Part shown: piece by piece, positions 9,917 to 17,980 of the stretch
Layout of the letters: every line of letters begins with the position of its first letter
Position numbering within the stretch: position 1 is the first letter of the stretch
NCBI GenBank assembly: GCA_963738405.1
Contig: CAVTWJ010000002.1
Coordinates: 96,001-160,000, forward strand
Origin: a candidate division FCPU426 bacterium
GTDB taxonomy: Bacteria > Oederibacteriota > Muellerivitia > Muellerivitales > Muellerivitaceae
Direction: 5' to 3'
DNA: 64,000 bases
Notes under the pieces: generated by a model
What the model was told of the DNA's origin: nothing
Seen by the model: the letters and a program-made list of their open reading frames with translations, nothing else
Databases searched by the model: none
Program-made: the position numbers and the translations under genes

Positions 9917-12817
9917 TCACGGCACCGCAGGTGTTAAAGACGTCCCTACCGTTTCAATTTTCAGCGTTGCGGCCGAAAGGCCATCCGAATCAGCCTTCAG
10001 GGTCAGGGTTCCCGGCTGATGGCCTGACTGCACGATCACCTGGGCCAGACCGTTGAAGAGGCTTCGCTTCCAGGGTGTCGCCGGGATCACGGTGCGGATG
10101 GAACCCGGGTCCATATTCAGGTTATCCCAGGTCCACCTTCTCATCAGTTCCGGTCCCACCACCGCGTAAACATTGCGTCCCTTTTTCAAGATGGACTTGG
10201 GCAGGGGGAACCCCTGGTTTGGCTCGTCCCGTTTGATCTTTTCGGCGATCAACTGGCCGTTGACATAGATGGACTGGTCTTCCGCCAGGCTCTTGGGATA
10301 CAAAATAATCTCGGTGTAGTCATCCAGATTAGGCAGATCGAAATGCCCCCGGATCACCCGGTTGGCGGGCTTATCCTTCGAAACTTCGCCCTGGTCATCC
10401 TTTCGGCCTTGGAATAGATCGGCCCAATTGGAATCATCCTGGCCGAACTCCACTTCCGGGCGCTTGCCCAATTCGCCGCCATCCTTCATTTTCAGACCCT
10501 CAATTTTGACCTGGGTCACGGTGTCAAAATACCGATCCGCTTCATGGCAGGAAGGGTCGCCATTACCCACACCGATGATTTGGCCTTGCCCCTCCAACGA
10601 AAAGTGAATCAGGTTCCCGGCGGTAGGTACGGGTCTTCCCTGCTTGTCCACAACCCGCACGGTCACCACCGAAACATCATCCCCATCGGCTTTGATCGTG
10701 GATTGGTCGGGCATCAGCACAATGGATACCGGGTCGCCCGTGGTTTCCTGCAAAGCGTAAGTGGCTTCCTTTCCGCCTTTAAAACCCTTGGCCGATAACA
10801 TTCCCGGCGCATAGGGCACCTGCCATTCCAGATGCCCGTTCACCGGCACCTTTTGCTTGCCAAGGCTGGTGCCGTTCAAAGAAAGTTCCACCTCGTCGCA
10901 ATTGCTGTAGGCCCTAACCAGTATGTTTTTGCCCTCTTTGCCCTTCCAATTCCAATGGGGAGATAGCATCAACACCGGCTCGTTCGTCCACCAGGCTTTC
11001 AGGTAATCAAAAGAACTGTCCTTGGGAAACCCGCAGGTGTCGAGAACGCCGTATTGGGAGCTGATGGCGGGATAGGTAAAAGGCGTTTCCTCTCCCCTGT
11101 AGTCAAAACCCGTCCAAAGGAAAAGCCCGCCCAGATAGGGCCTATCGGCGTAGTATTTCCAAACTTCCTCAATGCTGGGGCCCTTGGGGTTAAGGTTGGT
11201 CGGCCCCAAGTGGCAGGCTGCCTTGTCCGTCTCATAAACGCCCCGGGTCTGGTTGGTGGTGCTTTCTTCGGTGGCGAAGCTGGGCTGGTCGGGGAACTTT
11301 TTGTGCTGGTCGTCCGTGCTTCCGTGAGCGTGATAGTTGTAGCCCATCACGTCAATGACGGTTGAAGAGCCATTTCCCCATCCCGAATCAATGGCGGCGG
11401 TTACCCGGCGGGTCGGGTCCAGGCGTTTTACGAAATCCTGCATGGGCGGAACAATCTGCGCCCCATAAACATTGCCTTCCATGCCCCATTCCTCGTTGCC
11501 CAGCGACCAGGCGAATACGCAGGGGTGGTTGCGGTCCAGAACAATCATGCGTTTCAATCGGTCCATCAGTTCCGGACTGGTACCCATCGACCGGTTTTCC
11601 ACCAGCACCAGCATGCCCAGTTTGTCGCAGGCATCCAGCAATTCAGGCGTGGGAGGGTTGTGGGAACAGCGGTAAGCGTTACAGTCCATTTCCTTCAGTT
11701 GTTTGATGCGGAAAGCTTGCAGGGCGTCCGGCAGGGCGGCCCCCACCCCCGCGTGGTCCTGGTGGTTGGAAGTTCCCTTCAGTTCCACCCGTTTGCCATT
11801 AAGAAGGAAGCCCTTATTCGGGTCGAAGGTTACGGTGCGTATGCCAAAGGGGGTTTCGGTGCGGTCCACTACTTCGGTACCGGACAAGACCGTGGTGATA
11901 ACTTTATAGAGGGTAGGTGATTCGAGTGACCAAAGTTGGGGCTTGGGCACCTGTACCGCAACCGAATACTGCCCGGTCTCGCCGGGGTGAAGCAGGGCCT
12001 TGGCGAGCGAACCCTTTCCTACAGTTTTTCCATTGGCGTCTTGAACAACCTGTTCAATTTTAAAAGAAGCGGCCTTTTCTTTTTCACAAACCACCGAAGT
12101 TTGAACTGTAATTTCGGCATTTCCCTTCCCAACCTTTGAAGTCACAAAGGTTCCGTTGTAGTCGATATGCAGAGGCGATGTTTTGGTCAACCAGACATGC
12201 CGATAGATTCCCGCGCCTTCGTAAAACCAGCCTTCTTCCGTGGTCGCGTCCACCCGCACGGACACGGTGTTATCCCCACCATAGTTAAGATAGGGGGTCA
12301 TGTCGTAGCGGAAGTTGTTGTAACCGCTTTGCTCCCGGCCCAGGTAAAAACCGTTCACCCAAACCACCGAATCCCGGTAAACCCCGTCAAACTCGATGCT
12401 GATTCGCTTTCCCTTGTCTGAAGCGGGAATGTTAAAGGTCTTGCGGTACCAGCCAATGCTTGCGCCCGGAAAATTGCGGCCTAGCGCCTTGAAGCCGTGG
12501 CTATAACTTCCCTTTTCGTCAAAGGGCAGTTCCACCGCCCAGTCATGGGGCAGGTTGAGTACTCTCCAGGCTCGGTCGTCAAATTTTGGGTCGGCGGGGC
12601 CGTCCGCCAAACCCGCCTTAGCGAAGTAGGAAAAAAAGGTCGTGGTGAATCCGTAATCCTGGTTTGGGTCGGTGGCATGCCCCAAGGCAAACCGCCAACC
12701 GGCATCCATTAGAAGATGTTCTCTGGGCGAAGACATGGTTTTATCCTCGGCCCAAACTTGAGTAATCATTAAAAGTAACGTTGCGAACACCAGCGTGAAT
12801 CTTTTCACGTAGGCCAT
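9917..12817 (-). CDS. GH2 beta-galactosidase, secreted
   Basis: LPHDWAVE, FDGVY, GIYRHVWL, NAYRCSHNP, DRNHPCVFAWSLGNEE, WTGFDYRGE; start moved to ATG 12817 because the ORF-track extension runs into an intergenic repeat. Confidence 0.92.
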   Translation of the reverse strand: MAYVKRFTLVFATLLLMITQVWAEDKTMSSPREHLLMDAGWRFALGHATDPNQDYGFTTTFFSYFAKAGLADGPADPKFDDRAWRVLNLPHDWAVELPFDEKGSYSHGFKALGRNFPGASIGWYRKTFNIPASDKGKRISIEFDGVYRDSVVWVNGFYLGREQSGYNNFRYDMTPYLNYGGDNTVSVRVDATTEEGWFYEGAGIYRHVWLTKTSPLHIDYNGTFVTSKVGKGNAEITVQTSVVCEKEKAASFKIEQVVQDANGKTVGKGSLAKALLHPGETGQYSVAVQVPKPQLWSLESPTLYKVITTVLSGTEVVDRTETPFGIRTVTFDPNKGFLLNGKRVELKGTSNHQDHAGVGAALPDALQAFRIKQLKEMDCNAYRCSHNPPTPELLDACDKLGMLVLVENRSMGTSPELMDRLKRMIVLDRNHPCVFAWSLGNEEWGMEGNVYGAQIVPPMQDFVKRLDPTRRVTAAIDSGWGNGSSTVIDVMGYNYHAHGSTDDQHKKFPDQPSFATEESTTNQTRGVYETDKAACHLGPTNLNPKGPSIEEVWKYYADRPYLGGLFLWTGFDYRGEETPFTYPAISSQYGVLDTCGFPKDSSFDYLKAWWTNEPVLMLSPHWNWKGKEGKNILVRAYSNCDEVELSLNGTSLGKQKVPVNGHLEWQVPYAPGMLSAKGFKGGKEATYALQETTGDPVSIVLMPDQSTIKADGDDVSVVTVRVVDKQGRPVPTAGNLIHFSLEGQGQIIGVGNGDPSCHEADRYFDTVTQVKIEGLKMKDGGELGKRPEVEFGQDDSNWADLFQGRKDDQGEVSKDKPANRVIRGHFDLPNLDDYTEIILYPKSLAEDQSIYVNGQLIAEKIKRDEPNQGFPLPKSILKKGRNVYAVVGPELMRRWTWDNLNMDPGSIRTVIPATPWKRSLFNGLAQVIVQSGHQPGTLTLKADSDGLSAATLKIETVGTSLTPAVP

Positions 12818-12917
12818 CCTTGGTTTGAGAGTGGTTTTTTTGGAAAAGGGACATCGAGGAAGAATTATAGATGCAAACCACGGACAGCCAAACAACACAA
12901 ACAGCAAAACCAATTTT

Positions 12918-13035
12918 GCCACAGATACATGGGATGCATTGGATGGACAAACATTTTTCGTTTAGGCTTCAACTAAGAAAGAATCATTTTTTTGTTTAAC
13001 CTTTGCCTATCCCATTTATCCCATGCATCTGTGGC
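12918..13035. repeat. Inverted-repeat element, family B (GCCACAGATACATGGGAT)
   Basis: gccacagatacatgggat (12918-12935) and atcccatgcatctgtggc (13018-13035); third copy at 25246. Confidence 0.85.
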
Positions 13036-13180
13036 CAATCTCGTTTTTAGGTCTTTTTGAAACTTACTTAAACTTTTCTCTAGCGGGCCAATCAGTATTT
13101 TCTGGTTTTTTTAAAGGTTTTATCCTTCCCGACCTCCTAGCCTATAATCATTTCCACTTGTCTTATATTTGGAGGAATTG

Positions 13181-14188
13181 ATGTCCTTGAAAACCCTCTT
13201 TTTACTCAGCCTGGCCCTTACTTTCCTCGGCGGATGCGGCAAACCCGCAAGCAACAAGATCAAAATCGGCCTTTCCCTCGACACCCTCAAGGAGGAACGT
13301 TGGCAGCATGACCGGGATCTTTTCGTAGCCAAAGCCCAGGAACTGGGCGCGGAAGTCGAGGTGCAGGCGGCAAATTCAGACGATGCCCGCCAGAATTCCC
13401 AGGCCGAAAACCTGCTCACCGAAGGGGTGAATGTGCTGGTCGTGGTTCCCCATAACGGCAAGACCATGGGAACCATTGTGGATTCAGCCCACAAGCTGGG
13501 CGTGCCGGTGATCGCCTATGACCGCCTCATCATGGATTCGGACCTCGACCTTTACATTTCCTTCAACAACGTAAAGGTGGGCGAGTTCCAGGCGGATTAT
13601 TTGGTTAAGCGCAAACCGAAGGGAAATTATGTTTTGATCGGCGGGGCACCAACCGACAACAACGCGAAGCTTTTCCGTCAGGGGCAGATGAATGTTTTGA
13701 ATCCCCTGATCCAAAAGGGAGATATCAAGATCGTGGCCGACCAATGGGCTGACGACTGGCTTCCCCTGAAGGCCCTGCAGATCATGGAAAACGCCCTCAC
13801 CAGCAACCACAACCAAGTGGATGCGGTGGTGGTTTCCAACGACGGCACGGCGGGGGGTGCCATCCAAGCCCTCTCCGAGCAAAACCTGGCGGGCAAGGTC
13901 TTGGTTTCCGGGCAAGATGCCGACCTAGCAGGCTGTCAACGCATCGCGGCGGGCACCCAAAGCATGACAGTTTATAAGCCCATCAAGAAGTTGGCGGAAA
14001 AGGCCGCTGAAATAGCGGTCCTCATGGCACAAAAGAAGCCCCTCACCGACCCCACGACCACTGTTCCCAACGGCAAGAAAGACGTGACTTCAATTCTTAT
14101 CGAACCCATCGAAGTTGATAAGGACAACCTGGATTCCACTGTCATCGCGGATGGCTACCAGAAGAAAGAAGACGTGTACAAAAAATAA
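13181..14188 (+). CDS. xylF: D-xylose ABC transporter substrate-binding protein
   Basis: IGLSLDTLKEERWQHDRD, YDRLI, GGAPTDNNA, VSGQDADL, QSMTVYKPI; SD ggagg before ATG 13181. Confidence 0.92.
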   Translation: MSLKTLFLLSLALTFLGGCGKPASNKIKIGLSLDTLKEERWQHDRDLFVAKAQELGAEVEVQAANSDDARQNSQAENLLTEGVNVLVVVPHNGKTMGTIVDSAHKLGVPVIAYDRLIMDSDLDLYISFNNVKVGEFQADYLVKRKPKGNYVLIGGAPTDNNAKLFRQGQMNVLNPLIQKGDIKIVADQWADDWLPLKALQIMENALTSNHNQVDAVVVSNDGTAGGAIQALSEQNLAGKVLVSGQDADLAGCQRIAAGTQSMTVYKPIKKLAEKAAEIAVLMAQKKPLTDPTTTVPNGKKDVTSILIEPIEVDKDNLDSTVIADGYQKKEDVYKK

Positions 14189-14201
14189 ACACCTAATTAT
14201 T

Positions 14202-14330
14202 CACCACCAAGACACCAAGGCACCAAGTTAAGACAGAATAAAAAACTTTAGACTTAGTTTTTCAAAGGCTTGATTTTCGGTTTTGCAAATAATTATTAGG
14301 CTGTTCTTGGTGACTTGGTGTCTTGGTGGT
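14202..14330. repeat. Inverted pair of family A repeat (CACCACCAAGACACCAAGGCACCAAG)
   Basis: Forward copy 14202-14227, inverted copy 14306-14330, AT-rich spacer. Confidence 0.9.
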
Positions 14331-14356
14331 AAACATTTCTTTTTTGGTGGTGAGGT

Positions 14357-15868
14357 TTGTCTTTACTTGAACTTAAAAACATAACCAAAGACTTCCCCGG
14401 CGTGCGGGCGCTGGACGGCGTCTCCTTTGACCTGCAAAAGGGCGAAATCCACGCCCTTTGCGGCGAAAACGGCGCGGGCAAAAGCACCCTCATTAAAATC
14501 CTTTGCGGTTACCACCCCCACGGTTCCTACCAGGGTGAAATTCTGCTCAAAGACAAGTCCGTCCATTTTCACGACCTGAAAGATTCAGAAGAATCGGGTA
14601 TCGCCCTCATCGCACAAGAACTAGCCCTTGTTCCTGAGTTATCGGTAGCGGAAAACCTAATGTTGGGTAAGGAACCTACCCGCAACGGCTTTATCCAATG
14701 GTCCGAAGTCAAAGCGAAGGCCCAGGAAGCCCTTCAATTGGTGGATTTGAAAGTGGACTTGAACCGTCCGGTCAAGGAATTGGGTATCGGCCAGCAACAG
14801 ATGATCGAAATCGCCAAGGCCCTTTCCAAGAAGGCCGAAATTTTGGTTTTGGATGAACCCACAGCAGCCCTGACCGAATCGGATACCGCCCGCCTGTTGA
14901 ATTTCCTGAAACAGCTTAAATCCCAAGGCGTTTCCTGCGTCTATATCAGCCACCGGCTAGAGGAAGTGCGCCAAATCGCCGACCGGGTCACGGTCTTGCG
15001 AGACGGCAAGTCCGTCATTACCAAACCCCTGGGCGAATTGACCCAAGACCAAATCATCAGCCACATGGTGGGCCGAAAGGTTGAAAGCCTCTATCCCCGG
15101 CTCCAAACACAGGAAGGGCCGGTAATCCTTTCGGTCAAAAACCTAAGTGTCGAAGACCCTGCCAACCCGGGTCGTTACGTGGTGAAAAATGTCTCTTTCG
15201 ATGTAAAGCAGGGCGAAATACTGGGAATCGGCGGGCTTATGGGCGCTGGCCGTACCGCCCTTTTAAGTTCTCTTTTCGGCGCGGCCCGGGGCCGCATGCA
15301 AGGCCGTATCGAGGTTAATGGCAAGGTGCGGGGGCCCTTTAACTCTCCCCAGGAAGCCATTGCCGAAGGCATTGCCTTGGTCAGCGAAGACCGCAAACGC
15401 TATGGGCTGGTTCTGGGTTCTTCGGTTCAAGAAAACATCATCTTGGCCATTCTTCATAAACTCGTTTCCAAGAGCCTGATTAACTGGCCGGAAGTTCAGA
15501 AAGTTTGTTCTGAATATGTGGATTCTTTGCGAATCAAGATTCCCAGCTTGGATACCCAGGCCAACAAGCTTTCAGGCGGCAATCAGCAGAAGGTGATTCT
15601 GGGCAAATGGCTGGCCACTCACCCCAAGGTGCTTTTGTTGGATGAACCTACCCGCGGAATTGATGTGGGCGCCAAGGCAGAGATTTATGAACTCATGAGT
15701 CGGTTAGCGGCCCAAGGATTGGGAATCGTTTTGGTTTCTTCGGATTTGCCTGAGTTCCAGGGCCTTTGCCATCGCATGATCGTACTGAATCAGGGTCGTA
15801 TGACAGCGGAATTTGGATATAAGGACGCAACACCGGAAAAATTGCTGGCTGCGGCGGCACTTTCTTAA
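14357..15868 (+). CDS. xylG: Xylose ABC transporter ATP-binding protein (two ABC domains)
   Basis: GENGAGKST, LDEPT twice, LSGGNQQK; follows xylF. Confidence 0.9.
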   Translation: MSLLELKNITKDFPGVRALDGVSFDLQKGEIHALCGENGAGKSTLIKILCGYHPHGSYQGEILLKDKSVHFHDLKDSEESGIALIAQELALVPELSVAENLMLGKEPTRNGFIQWSEVKAKAQEALQLVDLKVDLNRPVKELGIGQQQMIEIAKALSKKAEILVLDEPTAALTESDTARLLNFLKQLKSQGVSCVYISHRLEEVRQIADRVTVLRDGKSVITKPLGELTQDQIISHMVGRKVESLYPRLQTQEGPVILSVKNLSVEDPANPGRYVVKNVSFDVKQGEILGIGGLMGAGRTALLSSLFGAARGRMQGRIEVNGKVRGPFNSPQEAIAEGIALVSEDRKRYGLVLGSSVQENIILAILHKLVSKSLINWPEVQKVCSEYVDSLRIKIPSLDTQANKLSGGNQQKVILGKWLATHPKVLLLDEPTRGIDVGAKAEIYELMSRLAAQGLGIVLVSSDLPEFQGLCHRMIVLNQGRMTAEFGYKDATPEKLLAAAALS

Positions 15869-15963
15869 TAGCAGGGAGAAATTAAAAGTTTAAATAAATA
15901 AAGAAAAATTAAAAGCAAGCAGCAACTATAAGTTTCAAACTTTTATAACGGAAAGGTACAAGG

Positions 15964-16506
15964 TTGAAATTTTTCAAAAACAAAAAAGGTATATTTAGTT
16001 TTATCGTTGGTTTTATTTGTTGTGGGGGCTTCCTTCTAATTCAAGCATTAACTTGGAATGTAAATCTTATTGCTAATCATGGTTTAAATATGGCAGTGAG
16101 TGCTTATTATACGATTTTATTTTCTTTTGGTTCTCTAGGTTGTGTGGTTGGGTTAGTAGTTGGAGTTTTGGGATTAAAAGACAAAAACGCAAAAACAAAA
16201 GCTTTTCCACTTTTCAACCTGCTGGGCATTTTTTTAACCTTATTTTTTATTTTTATTACCGTTTGGCAACTTCGCTTAAATTGGGAAAAATATTTTTTTA
16301 TATTACTTCTTCTCCTTCAACAAATCATTTTCTGGGTGATTTTAATTTCAGTACCTGGTTTTTTGATTTGGTCTTTATTCGTATGGAAACCCAAGAGTAA
16401 AACAGAAAACACTTTAAAAAGAATACTAGATTTTATACTCGTTTTGCTTATCGCTGTTTTCTGTCTCTATATAGCACTTATGGTGCATTTCGGAACAAAA
16501 GTTTAG
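15964..16506 (+). CDS. AT-rich multi-pass membrane protein of unknown function
   Basis: About 5 hydrophobic segments; DNA visibly far more AT-rich than flanking xylG/xylH. Confidence 0.6.
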   Translation: MKFFKNKKGIFSFIVGFICCGGFLLIQALTWNVNLIANHGLNMAVSAYYTILFSFGSLGCVVGLVVGVLGLKDKNAKTKAFPLFNLLGIFLTLFFIFITVWQLRLNWEKYFFILLLLLQQIIFWVILISVPGFLIWSLFVWKPKSKTENTLKRILDFILVLLIAVFCLYIALMVHFGTKV

Positions 16507-16594
16507 GCCTTACATAAAAAGCATGGAGCTATAACTCCACTGCACATAATGGTTAATTCATTATGTAACCTAATTCACAATGGGAAAGTAAGCC

Positions 16595-17683
16595 ATGAAA
16601 GAATTGAATACCAACATCCCCTGGCGAGCCCTCACCCTACTAGGTGCGCTCCTTCTAATCTGGATCATCTTCACCGCCACGACCGGCGGCACCTTCGTCA
16701 CGCCCCGAAACCTTTCCCTGCTTCTGCGGCAAATGTCCGTCACATCCATCCTGGCCATCGGCATGGTTTTGGTTATCGTCTGCGCTGAAATCGACCTGTC
16801 GGTCGGGGCCATGACCGGCTTTTTAGGGGCCCTCTCGGCCATTCTATTCGTTAACCACAACTGGCCCCTCTGGAGCGTCTTCCTTACCACCATTGTGGCC
16901 GGGGCCTTGTTGGGGCACCTGCAAGGACATATCGTCACCTGGTTCAAGATGCCCTCTTTCATTGTCACCCTGGGCGGCATGCTCATCTACCAAGGAAGCC
17001 TTTTGGGCCTGACCGGCGGCGTCGCCATCAGCCCCACCCCGGATTATCTCTTCGTAGGCCAGGCCTTTTTGCCCAAAACCATGGGCTGGACCTTGGCGGC
17101 GGTTTTAGCCCTTATTCTTTGCTACCAAGGCTTTCGGGCCCAAACAGGCCGGTGGAAATCCCTCGTTTTGGCCGTTCTCGCCCTGGGTATCACGGCGGTT
17201 TTAAGCGCCTATGACGGGGTGCCGGTTCCGGTCTTGATCATGCTGGTTTTGGCGGCGGTCTTTTCCATCCTGGCTTCTCAGACCCCCTTCGGACGCCACC
17301 TTTACGCCATCGGCGGCAACCGTGAGGCGGCCTTTTATTCGGGCATCAACATACAACGGCACCTGATTCTGGTTTTTACCCTTATGGGCGCCTTGTGCGG
17401 TGTGGCGGGCATTGTGCTGACCGCCCGGGTGGGCGCGGCCACATCGGACGCGGGACGCATGATGGAACTGGACGCCATCGCGGCCACGGTGATCGGCGGA
17501 ACATCGCTGATGGGCGGGCGGGGCACGGTTTGGGGCGCGCTTTTGGGGGCGTTGATGATGGCTTCGATTGATAACGGCATGAGCCTGATGAACACCGAAT
17601 CCTTCTGGCAGCCGATCATCAAAGGAAGCATTTTAATTACGGCAGTAGCGTTGGATATGATGGGAAGGAAAGGCAAAAACTAA
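16595..17683 (+). CDS. xylH: Xylose ABC transporter permease
   Basis: EIDLSVG, PSFIVTLGG, FGRHLYAIGGNREAA, ELDAIAATVIGGTSL. Confidence 0.9.
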   Translation: MKELNTNIPWRALTLLGALLLIWIIFTATTGGTFVTPRNLSLLLRQMSVTSILAIGMVLVIVCAEIDLSVGAMTGFLGALSAILFVNHNWPLWSVFLTTIVAGALLGHLQGHIVTWFKMPSFIVTLGGMLIYQGSLLGLTGGVAISPTPDYLFVGQAFLPKTMGWTLAAVLALILCYQGFRAQTGRWKSLVLAVLALGITAVLSAYDGVPVPVLIMLVLAAVFSILASQTPFGRHLYAIGGNREAAFYSGINIQRHLILVFTLMGALCGVAGIVLTARVGAATSDAGRMMELDAIAATVIGGTSLMGGRGTVWGALLGALMMASIDNGMSLMNTESFWQPIIKGSILITAVALDMMGRKGKN

Positions 17684-17693
17684 AGGCAACGGC

Positions 17694-17942
17694 CCATTAA
17701 CCACCAAGACACCAAGGCACCAAGAACGACGAAAAGTGGAATAGGAAAACAGCAAAAACTAAAAGCAAAAGCCATTAATCACTAAGAACTACGAAAAGCA
17801 GAACTGGGAAGCAGCAAAAACTGAAAAGCAAAGGCAGGTTTACCACCAAGACACAAAGACACCAAGGAAAGAAAATTAGAATTTAGGTTTTACAATCTTT
17901 AAGCCCTTTTTCAGTTCTTGGTGACTTGGTGTCTTGGTGGTG
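17694..17942. repeat. Cluster of family A repeats with local tandem duplication
   Basis: Forward copies 17700-17724 and 17842-17866, shortened copy near 17779, inverted copy 17917-17942. Confidence 0.85.
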
Positions 17943-17980
17943 AAAATTTTTTGTGGTTTTAATTTTGATAAGGAGCTGTC

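Noticed and set aside
4785..13080. Shared (C/T)TTACTT motif at ~4792, ~13063 and ~29186 as a sugar-repressor operator
   Set aside because: Too short, AT-rich and non-palindromic to distinguish from chance
15869..16594. Integron gene cassette
   Set aside because: No RYYYAAC...GTTRRRY attC arrangement found after the gene and no integrase in the window
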